The position numbers and the translations under genes were made by a program. A stretch of 64,000 bases of DNA from Phyllobates terribilis (lineage: Eukaryota), in assembly GCF_046119375.1 (NCBI RefSeq), contig NW_027362767.1:434124001-434188000 (forward strand), in the 5' to 3' direction. The notes beneath the pieces are model-generated. The model saw nothing but the letters and a program-made list of their open reading frames with translations, was not told where the DNA came from and searched no databases. Of the stretch, positions 12,302 through 25,156 are shown piece by piece (position 1 is the stretch's first letter; each line of letters opens with the position of its first letter).

Positions 12302-15300
12302 GATCGCTCAGAGAGGTCGTCCTAGACAAGAATAAACCCTCTCCTTCTCTGTTGCTGTCGGTCTCTATCATCTGCGGGGAGAACCGTTATTTTGAACTAG
12401 CCCAACTTGACTCTGGAGCTGCCGGAAATCTCATTTCTCAGTCCCTGGTAGAAAAATACCTCTTTCCCACCAAACCTCTGGCTGTACCCTTATCTGTCGC
12501 TGCCATGGATGGGGGCCTCTTACCACGTCCCATCCACCGAATCCATTACTCTGCAGGTGGGAATGCTGCACTCTGAGAGCATCTTCTTTCATGTTCTGCC
12601 TGGACTCTCTCACGCCCTCTTGCTAGGCCTACCTTGGCTTCAGAGACATGCACCCGTGCTTGATTGGCAGACCGGAGAAGTCCTTCGCTGGGGACAGGAC
12701 TGCCATAAGACTTGTTTAGTTCCCGTCCATCCTGTCCGTCCTTCTCCTACCCCTGCTAATCTACCTGGACTTCCGATTCCCTATTGGTCTTATGCGGACG
12801 TCTTTAATAGAAAGGAGGCAGAGACATTACCCCCTCATAGACCATACGACTGCCCAATCGACCTGTTACCCGGCGCTACTCCTCCCCGTGGGCGTATTTA
12901 CCCTTTGTCCGCTGCTGAGACCCGGTCCATGTCTGAATATATTGAGGAGAATCTGGCCCGGGGATTTATCCGGAAATCTACCTCCCCGGCGGGAGCAGGC
13001 TTCTTCGTTAAAAAGAAGGACGGCTCACTCCGTCCCTGTATAGACTATAGAGGCCTTAACCAGATCACGGTGAAGAATAAATACCCCCTTCCGCTCATTC
13101 CGGAATTATTTGACCGTCTGAGGGGGGCTAGAATCTTCACCAAGCTGGACCTCCGTGGGGCCTATAACCTGGTCCGTATCCGTCAGGGGGATGAATGGAA
13201 GACGGCATTCAACATCCGGGACGGCCACTATGAATACCTGGTAATGCCCTTTGGTCTCTGTAACGCTCCCGCCGTCTTTCAAGAGTTGGTCAATGACATC
13301 TTCCGGGACCTTCTCTACTCCTGCGTAGTGGTGTACCTGGACGACATCTTGGTCTTCTCTCCGGATCTTCTCACTCACCGGAGGGATGTTTGTCAGGTCC
13401 TGCTCAGGCTCAGGCAGAACCACCTCTACGCTAAATATGAGAAGTGCCTCTTTGAGCAGACCTCGCTTCCGTTTTTGGGCTACATAATTTCTCAGACCGG
13501 CCTATGAATGGATCCTGAGAAACTGTCTGCCATCGAGAAGTGACCTCGACCAGAGGGGTTGAAGGCTATTCAGCGGTTACTGGGCTTCGCCAACTACTAC
13601 TGCCTCTTCATACCGCACTTCTCTTCCCGGACTGCCCCAATCTCTGCGCTCACCCGTAAGGGCACTAATCCCAGAGAATGGCCACCCGAAGCAGAGGAAG
13701 CCTTTCTTTCCTTAAAACAGGCTTTCTCTTCCGCCCCGGTGCTGCATCGCCCGGACGGCAACAAGCAATTTTTCCTGGAAGTTGATGCCTCCTCCTCTGG
13801 AGCCGGAGCGGTACTTACCCAAAAATCGTCTTCCGGAAGAATGGTAACTTGCGGCTTCTTCTCCAAACTCTTCTCCTCTTCTGAGCGCAACTATTCTATA
13901 GGAGACCGAGCGTTATTGGCCATTAAGCTGGCATTGGAGGAGTGGCGTTACCTGCTCGAGGGGGCTCTTCACCCGGTAATAATTTACATGGACCACAAGA
14001 ACTTGGCTTACCTCCAGAGTGCCCAGAGACTTAACCCGCGCCAAGCCCGGTGGTCCTTGTTTTTTGCTCGCTTTGATTTCGTTCTTCATTTTTGCCCGGC
14101 TGACAAAAACATCAAAGCTGACGCCTTGTCCCGATCCTTCCTGGAGTCTGATCTCGAGGAGGAACCTAAACACATCATCGATCCCGCCAGAGTAATGCAG
14201 GTGGCTCCCGTGAATCTAAATCGTCTCCCTCCCGGTAAGACGTTCGTAACTGTACCTGATCGGGAGAAGATCCTACACTGGGGTCACTCGTCTAAGCTAG
14301 CTGGCCACGCCGGTCAGAAAAAGACCCTCCAGCTTATTACCCGGCACTACTGGTGGCCTACCCTGCACAAGGACGTAATAGACTTTGTTTCTGCCTGTGT
14401 GTCCTGCGCCCGCAACAAGGATCCAAGACACCTGCCAGCCGGTCGCCTTCTTCCTCTTCCAGTACCTGCTGCCCCCTGGCAGCATATAGCTATGGACTTT
14501 ATTACAGATCTCCCTGTCTCTGCCAGTTGTACGGTCATTTGGGTGGTCGCTGACCGCTTTTCCAAGATGGCTCACTTCATTCTCCTGCCGGGCCTCCCGT
14601 CTGCACCCGAGCTGGCTAAAGACTTTATCCGCCACATCTTCCGTCTCCATGGCCTGCCTCTCCACATCGTATCGGATCGTGGGGTTCAGTTCACCTCACG
14701 CTTCTGGAGAGCCACATGTAAGTTGCTTGACGTCACTCTGGACTTCTCCTCCGCTTACCATCTACAGTCCAATGGTCAAGTGGAGCGGATCAATCAGAAC
14801 CTGACCAGTTACCTCCGGCACTTCGTTAATGCCCACCATTCAGACTGGGTGGATCTCCTACCATGGGCCGAATTCTCTTACAATAACCACGAGAGCGAAT
14901 CGTCCTCCAAATCCCCGTTTTTTGTAGTCTTCGGTCAGCATCCTCGGATCCCATTTCCCGTCTCCACCTCGGTGGACAATCCGGCTGCGGAATCTCTCGT
15001 TAGCAAATTTTCCTCCATTTGGGAGAGTACCTGATCCGCACTCCTTCAGTCGTCCGAGCGGATGAAAAAACACGCTGACAAAAGACGCCTGGATCCTCCA
15101 CAATTCCGTCCTGGAGATAAAGTTTGGCTCTCGTCCAAGTATGTCCGGCTCAAGATTCCTTCCTACAAGTTAGGGCCTCGGTTCATCGGCCCACTGGAAG
15201 TTATCAAACAGATCAACCCGGTGGCCTATAAATTGAAACTCCCGGCCAACTTGCGGATCCCTAACTCCTTCCATGTATCTCTCCTCAAACCCGTGGTACT

Positions 15301-15571
15301 TAACTCTTTCTCCAAGTCTACAGGTACGCCTCCTGCTCCGGTTTCCGCTGAAAACGAGTTTGAGGTAGAGAACATTCTGGCCACCAAAAGGGTAAGAGGA
15401 AAAACCTTTTTTCTAGTAGATTGGAAGGGGTTTGGTCCTGAGGAGAGAACGTGGGAGCCCCGGGAGAACATCCATGCCCCTCTCATCTTTGATAAATTTC
15501 TGTCTGACCTAAAGAAGGGGGGGCCTAAAGGGGGGGGGTACTGTAGCGTCGGCGTCCCTGCCTCCTGCTAG
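12290..15571 (+). pseudogene. pol (protease, RT, RNase H, integrase, chromodomain) in the -1 frame relative to gag, disrupted
   Basis: LDSGAAGN protease; [11 protein letters not shown] and YLDDIL RT; VDASS RNase H; H-H-C-C plus DFITDL/SDRG/VERIN integrase; GPRFIGP; chromodomain FEVENIL...LVDWKGFGPEERTWEP. Frameshift near 12530-12545; stops at 13505, 13541 and 15032. Confidence 0.95.
15527..15538 (+). other. Polypurine tract
   Basis: AAAGGGGGGGGG lies 3 nt before the 3' LTR start (TGTAGCG at 15542). Confidence 0.85.
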
Positions 15572-16789
15572 GCAGGGACGCTGTTCCCCTCACCTCTCCG
15601 CTCCGTGCCCGGCGTCTTCCTCCCGCTCTGCTGGCAGCGCGCGCTCCTTCCTGGCCATTGTGCTTAGGGCGCGCGCGCTCCCCCTCTCTTAAAGGGGCCG
15701 CGCGCGCCGTCCTAAGGAGTCCCCGGCCAATGGCCGGAGGATCTCTCCATATATAAGGCACCTCCTCCAAAATGGAGGTGCCCAAGCAATGTTGTAGCAT
15801 AGTTCATCACTCTGCTTCAGCCCTCAGGTCCCGTTACCAGTTACCTGCCAGTTTCCTGCCAGTTTCCTGTCTGATACCTGCCTGACTCATGTCTATCTGC
15901 TGTTATTCCTGCGGTCCGACAGTCTGCCTACCAGCCCTGCCAGTCTGTCTATGGATCCGTCTGCCCGCTCACCTGGGAGCGCTCACCTGCTACCTGCCTG
16001 CTAGCCTACCTGGAGGCTCTGCCGTCACGTGCTGTGACCACCTGCCTGTCCAGAGAATCTTACCCGCTCACCTGCTACCTGCCCGCTAGCCTACCTGGAG
16101 GCTCTGCCGTCACGTGCTGTGACCACCTGCCCGTCCAGAGACTGTTGCCCGCTCACCTGGGAGCGTCCACCTGTTACCTGCCTGTTTGCCTACCGGGAGG
16201 CTCTGCCGTCACTTGCTGTGACCACCCGCTTGTCCAGAGACTCTCGCCCGCTCACCTGGGAGCGTCCATCCGCTACCTGCCTGCTTGCCTACCTGGAGGC
16301 TCAGCCGTCACTTGCTGTGACCACCTGCTTGTCCAGAGACTCTCGCCCGCTCACCTGGGAGCGTCCACCCGCTACCTGCCTGCTTGCCTACCTGGAGGCT
16401 CAGCCGTCACTTGCTGTGACCACCCGCTTGTCCAGAGACTCTCGGCCGCTCACCTGGGAGCGTCCACCCGCTACCTGCCTGCTAGCCTACCTGGAGGCTT
16501 AGCCATCACTTGCCGTGACCACCCGCCTGTCAAGAGACTGACCCCGTCACTTGCCGTGACCTCCTGCCCTCTTACCCAGAGACTGTCCCCGTCACTGGCC
16601 GTGATCTCCTGCCCTCTTACCCAGAGACTGTCCCCGTCACTTGCCGTGATCTCCTGCCCTCTTACCCAGAGACTGTCCCCGTCACTAGCCGTGACTGCCT
16701 GCCCGCCTTCCCTGGGTGTCACCCGCTTCCTTACAAGGACTGCCCCTTTGTCTAGTTGCTCTGTGGTTCCACCTCCCAGACCCGTTACA
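15542..16789 (+). repeat. 3' LTR (1248 bp)
   Basis: Near-identical to the 5' LTR: about 20 substitutions by eye, plus a ~31-bp and a 14-bp indel. Ends CCGTTACA followed by the TSD. Confidence 0.96.
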
Positions 16790-16794
16790 TAGTG

Positions 16795-19700
16795 ACAGAC
16801 CCCGCACTACACATGGAGGACAGGTAGAGAGTGACAGACCCCACACTACACATGGAGGACAGGGACAGAGTGACAGACCCCACACTACACATGGAGGACA
16901 GCAGAGAGTGACAGACCCCACACTACACATGGAGGACAGGGAGAGAGTGGCAAACCCCACACTACACATGGAGGACAGGTAGAGAGTGACAGACCCCACA
17001 CTACACATGGAGGACAGGGAGAGAGAGACAGACCCCACACTACACATAGAGGACAGGTAGAGAGGGACAGACCCCGCACTACACATGGAGGACAGGTAGA
17101 GAGTGACAGACCCCACACTACACATGGAGGACAGGTAGAGAGGGACAGATCCCGCACTACACATGGAGGACAGGTAGTGAGTGAGAGACCCCACACTACA
17201 CATGGAGGACAGGTAGAGAGTGACAGACCCCACACTACACATAGAGGACAGGTAGAGAGTGATAGACCCCACACTACACATGGAGGACAGGGAGAGAGAG
17301 ATAGACCCCGCACTACACATGGAGGACAGGTAGAGAGTGACAGATCCCGCATTACACATGGAGGACAGAAAGAGAGTGACAGACCCCACACTGCACATGG
17401 AGGGCAGGTAGAGAGTGACAGACCCCACACTACACATTGAGGACAAGTATAGAGTGACAGACCCCACACTACACATGGAGGACAGGTAGAAAGTGACAGA
17501 CCCCACACTACACATGGAGGACAGGGAGAGAGTGACAGATCCCGCACTACACATGGAGGACAGGAAGAGAGTGACAGACTCCACACTACACATGGAGGAC
17601 AGGGAGAGAGTGACAGACCCCGCACTACACATGGAGGACAGGAAGAGAGTGACAGACCCCACACTACACATGGAGGACAGGAAGAGAGTGACAGACCCCG
17701 CACTACACATGGAGGACAGGGAGAAAGTGACAGACCCCACACTACACATGGAGGACAGGTAGAGAGTGACAGACCCCACACTACACATGAAGGACAGGTA
17801 GAGAGTGACAGACCCCGCACTACACATGGAGGACAGGTAGAGAGTGACAGACCCCGCACTACACATGGAGGACAGGTAGAGAGTGACAGACCCCGCACTA
17901 CACATGGAGGACAGGTAGAGAGTGACAGACCCCGCACTACACATGGAGGACAGGTAGAGAGTGACAGACCCCACACTACACATGGAGGACAGGTAGAGAG
18001 TGACAGACCCCACACTACACATGGAGGACAGGTAGAGAGTGACAGACCCCACACTGCACATGGAGGACAGGTAGAGAGTGACAGACCCCGCACTACACAT
18101 GGAGGACAGGTAGAGAGTGACAGACCCCGCACTACACATGGAGGACAGGTAGAGAGTGACAGACCCCGCACTACACATGGAAGACAGGTAGAGAGTGACA
18201 GACCCCACTCTACACATGGAGGACAGGTAGAGAGTGACAGACCCCACACTACACATGGAGGACAGGTAGAGAGTGACAGACCTCGCACTACACATGGAGG
18301 ACAGCAGAGAGTGACAGACCCCACACTACACATGGAGGACAGGTACAGAGTGACAGACCCCACTCTACACATGGAGGACAGGAAGAGAGTGACAGACCCC
18401 ACACTACACATGGAGGACAGGTAGAGAGTGACAGACCCCGCACTGCACATGAAGGACAGGTAGAGAGCGACAGACCCCACACTACACATGGAGGACAGGT
18501 AGAGAGCGACAGACCCCACACTACACATGGAGGACAGGGAGAGAGCGACAGATTACACACTACACATGGAGGACAGGTAGAGAGTGACAGACCCCACACT
18601 ACACATGGAGGACAGGGAGAGAGTGACAGACCCCGCACTACACATGGAGGACAGGTAGAGAGTGACAGACCCCACACTACACATGGAGGACAGGGAGAGA
18701 GTGACAGACCCCTCACTACACATGGAGGACAGGGAGAGAGTGACAGACCCCACACTACACATGGAGGACAGGTAGAGAGTGACAGACCCCACACTACACA
18801 TGGAGGACAGGGAGAGAGTGACAGACCCCGCACTACACATGGAGGACAGGTAGAGAGTGACAGACCCCACACTACACATGGAGGACAGGGAGAGAGTGAC
18901 AGACCCCTCACTACACATGGAGGACAGGGAGAGAGTGACAGACCCCACACTACACATGGAGGACAGGTAGAGAGTGACAGACCCCACACTACACATGGAG
19001 GACAGGGAGAGAGTGACAGACCCCACACTACACATGGAGGACAGGTAGAGAGTGACAGACCCCACACTGCACATGAAGGACAGGTAGAGAGTGACAGACC
19101 CCACACTACACATGGAGGACAGGTAGAGAGTGACAAACCCCGCACTACACATGGAAGACAGGTAGAGAGTGACAGACCCCACTCTACACATGGAGGACAG
19201 GGAGAGAGTGACAGACCCCACACTACACATGGAGGACAGGTAGAGAGTGACAGACCCCATACTACACATGGAGGACAGGGAGAGTGCGACAGATCCCGCA
19301 CTACACATGGAGGACAGGGTGAGAGCGACAGATTACACACTACACATGGAGGACAGGTAGAGAGTGACAGACCCCACACTACACATGGAGGACAGGGAGA
19401 GAGTGACAGACCCCGCACTACACATGGAGGACAGGTAGAGAGTGACAGACCCCGCACTACACATGGAGGACAGGGAGAGAGTGACAGACCCCACACTACA
19501 CATGGAGGACAGGGAGAGAGTGACAGACCCCGCACTACACATGGAGGACAGGTAGAGAGAGACAGACCCCGCAGTACACATGGAGGACAGGTAGAGAGCG
19601 ACAGACCCCGCACTACACATGGAGGACAGGTAGAGAGTGACAGACCCTACACTACACATGGAGGACAGGGAGAGAGTGACAGACCACACACTACACATGG

Positions 19701-22700
19701 AGGACAGGTAGAGAGCGACAGACCCCACACTACACATGGAGGACAGGGAGAGAGCGACAGATTACACACTACACATGGAGGACAGGTAGAGAGTGACAGA
19801 CCCCACACTACACATGGAGGACAGGGAGAGAGTGACAGACCCCGCACTACACATGGAGGACAGGTAGAGAGTGACAGACCCCACACTACACATGGAGGAC
19901 AGGGAGAGAGTGACAGACCCCACACTACACATGGAGGACAGGTAGAGAGTGACAGACCCCACACTACACATGGAGGACAGGTAGAGAGTGACAGACCCCA
20001 CACTACACATGGAGGACAGGTAGAGAGTGACAGACCCCACACTACACATGGAGGACAGGGAGAGAGTGACAGACCCCGCACTACACATGGAGGACAGGTA
20101 GAGAGTGACAGACCCCGCACTACACATGGAGGACAGGGAGAGAGTGACAGACCCCACACTACACATGGAGGACAGGTAGAGAGTGACAGACCCCACACTG
20201 CACATGGAGGACAGGTAGAGAGTGACAGACCCCACACTACACATGGAGGACAGGGAGAGAGTGACAGACCCCACACTACACATGGAGGACAGGTAGAGAG
20301 TGACAAACCCCGCACTACACATGGAAGACAGGTAGAGAGTGACAGACCCCACTCTGCACATGGAGGACAGGGAGAGAGTGACAGACCCCACACTACACAT
20401 GGAGGACAGGTAGAGAGTGACAGACCCCATACTACACATGGAGGACAGGGAGAGTGCGACAGATCCCGCACTACACATGGAGGACAGGGAGAGAGCGACA
20501 GATTACACACTACACATGGAGGACAGGTAGAGAGTGACAGACCCCACACTACACATGGAGGACAGGGAGAGAGTGACAGACCCCGCACTACACATGGAGG
20601 ACAGGTAGAGAGTGACAGACCCCGCACTACACATGGAGGACAGGGAGAGAGTGACAGACCCCACACTACACATGGAGGACAGGGAGAGAGTGACAGACCC
20701 CGCACTACACATGGAGGACAGGTAGAGAGTGACAGACCCCGCACTACACATGGAGGACAGGGAGAGAGTGACAGACCCCACACTACACATGGAGGACAGG
20801 TAGAGAGTGACAGACCCCACACTACACATGGAGGACAGGTAGAGAGTGACAGACCCCACACTACACATGGAGGACAGGGAGAGAGTGACAGACCCCGCAC
20901 TACACATGGAGGAGAGGTAGAGAGTGACAGACCCCGCACTACACATGGAGGACAGGGAGAGAGTGACAGACCCCACTCTACACATGGAGGACAGGTAGAG
21001 AGTGACAGACCCCACACTACACATGGAGGACAGGGAGAGAGCGACAGATCCCGCATTACACATGGAGGACAGAAAGAGAGTGACAGACCCCACACTGCAC
21101 ATGGAGGACAGGTAGAGAGTGACAGACCCCACACTACACATGGAGGACAGGTAGAGAGTGACAGTCCCCACACTACACATGGAGGACAGGGAGAGAGCGA
21201 CAGATCCCGCATTACACATGGAGGACAGAAAGAGAGTGACAGACCCCACACTGCACATGGAGGACAGGTAGAGAGTGACAGACCCCACACTACACATGGA
21301 GGACAGGTAGGGAGTGACAGACCCCGCACTACACATGGAGGACAGGTAGAGAGTGACAGACCCCACACTACACATGGAGGACAGGTAGAGAGCGACAGAC
21401 CCCACACTACACATGGAGGACAGGTAGAGAGTGACAGACCCCGCACTACACATGGAGGACAGGTAGAGAGTGACAGACCCCGCACTACACATGGAGGACA
21501 GGTAGAGAGCGACAGACCCCGCACTACACATGGAGGACAGGTAGAGAGCGACAGACCCCACAATACACATGGAGGACAGGTAGAGAGCGACAGATCCCAC
21601 ACTACACATGGAGGACAGGTAGAGAGCGACAGATCCCACACTACACATGGAGGACAGGTAGAGAGTGACAGACCCCGCACTACACATGGAGGACAGGTAG
21701 AGAGTGACAGACCCCGCACTACACATGGAGGACAGGTAGAGAGTGACAGATCCCACACTACACATGGAGGACAGGTAGAGAGCGACAGACCCCGCACTAC
21801 ACATGGAGGACAGGTAGAGAGCGACAGACCCCGCACTACACATGGAGGACAGGTAGAGAGTGACAGACCCCGCACTACACATGGAGGACAGGTAGAGAGC
21901 GACAGATCCCGCACTACACATGGAGGACAGGTAGAGAGCGACAGACCCCGCACTACACATGGAGGACAGGTAGAGAGCGACAGACCCCGCACTACACATG
22001 GAGGACAGGTAGAGAGCGACAGATCCCACACTACACATGGAGGACAGGTAGAGAGTGACAGACCCCGCACTACACATGGAGGACAGGTAGAGAGCGACAG
22101 ACCCCACACTACACATGGAGGACAGGTAGAGAGCGACAGATCCCACACTACACATGGAGGACAGGTAGAGAGCGACAGACCCCGCACTACACATGGAGGA
22201 CAGGTAGAGAGCGACAGACCCCACACTACACATGGAGGACAGGTAGAGAGCGACAGACCCCGCACTACACATGGAGGACAGGTAGAGAGCGACAGACCCC
22301 GCACTACACATGGAGGACAGGTAGAGAGCGACAGACCCCACACTACACATGGAGGACAGGTAGAGAGTGACAGACCCCGCACTACACATGGAGGACAGGT
22401 AGAGAGCGACAGACCCCGCACTACACATGGAGGACAGGTAGAGAGCGACAGACCCCACACTACACATGGAGGACAGGTAGAGAGCGACAGATCCCACACT
22501 ACACATGGAGGACAGGTAGAGAGTGACAGACCCCGCACTACACATGGAGGACAGGTAGAGAGCGACAGACCCCACACTACACATGGAGGACAGGTAGAGA
22601 GCGACAGATCCCACACTACACATGGAGGACAGGTAGAGAGTGACAGACCCCGCACTACACATGGAGGACAGGTAGAGAGCGACAGACCCCACACTACACA

Positions 22701-23841
22701 TGGAGGACAGGTAGAGAGCGACAGATCCCACACTACACATGGAGGACAGGTAGAGAGCGACAGATCCCACACTACACATGGAGGACAGGTAGAGAGCGAC
22801 AGACCCCGCACTACACATGGAGGACAGGTAGAGAGCGACAGACCCCACACTACACATGGAGGACAGGTAGAGAGTGACAGACCCCGCACTACACATGGAG
22901 GACAGGGAGAGAGTGACAGACCCCACACTACACATGGAGGACAGGTAGAGAGTGATAGACCCCACACTACACATGGAGGACAGGGAGAGAGTGACAGACC
23001 CCACACTACACATGGAGGACAGGTAGAGAGCGACAGATCCCACACTACACATGGAGGACAGGTAGAGAGCGACAGATACCACACTACACATGGAGGACAG
23101 GTAGAGAGCGACAGACCCCGCACTACACATGGAGGACAGGTAGAGAGCGACAGACCCCACACTACACATGGAGGACAGGTAGAGAGTGACAGACCCCGCA
23201 CTACACATGGAGGACAGGGAGAGAGTGACAGACCCCACACTACACATGGAGGACAGGTAGAGAGTGATAGACCCCACACTACACATGGAGGACAGGGAGA
23301 GAGTGACAGACCCCACACTACACATGGAGGACAGGTAGAGAGCGACAGATCCCACACTACACATGGAGGACAGGTAGAGAGTGACAGATCCCACACTACA
23401 CATGGAGGACAGGTAGAGAGCGACAGATCCCACACTACACATGGAGGACAGGGAGAGAGTGACAGACCCCACACTACACATGGAGGACAGGTAGAGAGCG
23501 ACAGATCCCACACTACACATGGAGGACAGGTAGAGAGTGACAGATCCCACACTACACATGGAGGACAGGTAGAGAGCGACAGACCCCACACTACACATGG
23601 AGGACAGGTAGAGAGCGACAGATCCCACACTACACATGGAGGACAGGTAGAGAGTGACAGATCCCACACTACACATGGAGGACAGGTAGAGAGCGACAGA
23701 TCCCACACTACACATGGAGGACAGGTAGAGAGTGACAGACCCTGCACTACACATGGAGGACAGGTAGAGAGCGACAGACCCCGCACTACACATGGAGGAC
23801 AGGGAGAGAGTGACAGACCCCACACTGTATATGGAGGACAG
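16795..23841. repeat. 39-bp tandem satellite, right part, ~180 units
   Basis: Same unit as 8010-10101. It resumes directly after the TSD. Confidence 0.98.
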
Positions 23842-24173
23842 CGAGGGATTATGGGGGTATCATATTGTGTGAGGTGGCTGTTACTCAAGGTACAGAGGCT
23901 GAATAACAGGAGAATATTATTTATAAACTTTATAAAAATCTTAATAAAAATGAATATACAACTAATGTGAAATAATAATAATGAGAAGATTTACGTTTGG
24001 CTTCTGCAACAGTGACGGTTTCGTGGACTCATGGGAAAATGAATTCCCCCCCCCCCCCCTGCATTATACTTATCATTGTACTGTGTTACCTCCTGTGTCC
24101 AATAGATGACGCTGGTACTTGTTTTATACCGTGTATGGAGGACAGATAGTGAGAGATCCCGCATCCCCTCATG

Positions 24174-24477
24174 TGTCCAGCAGGTTGCGCTGTTACCTGT
24201 ATTATACCGATTATTGTTACGTTTTATGTCCAGCAGGTGGCTCTGGTACCTTGATTATTCCGTTGATTTCACTGTGTTACCGTCTGTGTACGGCATGTGG
24301 CGCTAGTACACCGATTATTACACTGTGTTACGTTTTATGTCCAGCAGGTGGCGCTGGTATATGGATTATACAGTTTATTACACTGTTTTACCACCTGTGT
24401 CCGGCAGGTGGCGCTACTACCTGGGTTATACCGATCATTTCTCTGTGTTACCATCTGTGTCCGGCAGGTGGCGCTAG
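24174..24477 (+). promoter_or_regulatory. Tandem array of six co-oriented CTCF-like motifs (51-60 bp period)
   Basis: TGTCC(A/G)GCAGGTGGCGCT(A/G)G-like cores start at 24174, 24227, 24287 (degenerate), 24338, 24398 and 24458. They match the CTCF core consensus CCASYAGRKGGCRC. Confidence 0.65.
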
Positions 24478-24559
24478 TACGCATATTTTTTACCGATCCC
24501 TGCTCTGTTTCCTCCTGTGTCGCTCGGATATGACGTCATCATCCAGTAGACGCGGAGTG

Positions 24560-24566
24560 ATGGAGG
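24560..24566 (+). CDS. POLR1G: POLR1G coding exon 1 (ATG GAG G)
   Basis: ATG GAG G|GTAAGA is a strong phase-1 donor matching the phase-1 acceptor at 24746. CRE TGACGTCA at 24531-24538 lies upstream. Confidence 0.7.
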
Positions 24567-24745
24567 GTAAGATGGCTGCGCCCCTGATACATGTGACGGG
24601 AGCGTCAGTCACAGAGTGCAGGATCCGTGTGCTGAAGCCAATGATTGTAATGATGATTGATGCAGCAGCTGTGGTGTATGGACCTTTAGGCTGATGTTGG
24701 GGGTTGTAGTTGGGAAGTCGTGTGACTGACCATTGTTTCCCTCAG

Positions 24746-24866
24746 GTGGCGGCTTCCAGTGTCCGCAGGATTTTGTCCCGGTGGCGGAATGTGCCGGTTT
24801 GGTGACCTCTGACCCGGACACGGAGCTTTGGCTGATTAAGGCGCCCGCAGACTTTTCCCCGGAGAG
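24746..24866 (+). CDS. POLR1G: POLR1G coding exon 2 (RNA polymerase I subunit RPA34/PAF49/CD3EAP)
   Basis: TTTCCCTCAG acceptor. Encodes GGGFQCPQDF...DPDTELWLIKAPADFSPE, matching the recalled human FSCPPNF...GPDTELWLIQAPADFAPE. Donor AG|GTGAGA. Confidence 0.9.
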
Positions 24867-25156
24867 GTGAGAGCGGAGGCGACTCCTGAGGGGTGATGGG
24901 TCTGACTGCAGAAAGTAAGTGCCCCCCCCCCCACCCCCCTTTGACATGTGAGGCGGTTACAGGGACCGCTCCTTGTATCCACAGACTGTTATGGGGGCGC
25001 TATGGAGTCAAAGTGACCGTCACACCGGTGCGAGCGCGAGACGCTTCCCTCATCACAGCAAGAACCTGCAGTCACCACAAATAATTACAAGAGAAGGCCG
25101 AACACTCAGGACATTACTGAGCCGAGGAGGTTCACATTGGATCTTTATGAAATTTA

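Larger units (their letters stand above)
10107..16789 (+). mobile_element. Full-length Ty3/Gypsy chromovirus LTR retrotransposon (Sushi/Tf1-like), inactivated
   Basis: Two TG...CA LTRs, 5-bp TSD TAGTG (10102-10106 and 16790-16794), gag, then protease-RT-RNaseH-integrase-chromodomain, PPT before the 3' LTR. Several in-frame stops and one frameshift. Confidence 0.97.

Noticed and set aside
11741-15034. APOBEC-type G-to-A hypermutation of the Gypsy element (two TGG-to-TGA changes and GGGAAAC-to-GAGAAAC)
   Set aside because: Too few events and inconsistent dinucleotide context. The other stops are CGA-to-TGA CpG decay, so ordinary neutral decay is sufficient.
8010-23841. CRISPR-like array
   Set aside because: The units are contiguous with no unique spacers, there are no cas genes, and the context is eukaryotic.
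16685-23888. 1413-aa and 1106-aa Cys-rich minus-strand ORFs resembling keratin-associated or metallothionein-like proteins
   Set aside because: They are an exact 13-aa period from the 39-bp satellite. Two frames are open together, and the array is interrupted by a retrotransposon.
24119-24694. 191-aa ORF, and AAGATGGCTGCG (ATG 24572) as the POLR1G start
   Set aside because: The ORF mostly translates the CTCF-motif repeat. ATG 24572 lies just inside a strong GTAAGA donor and has no good phase-1 donor to join exon 2. ATG 24560 fits better.
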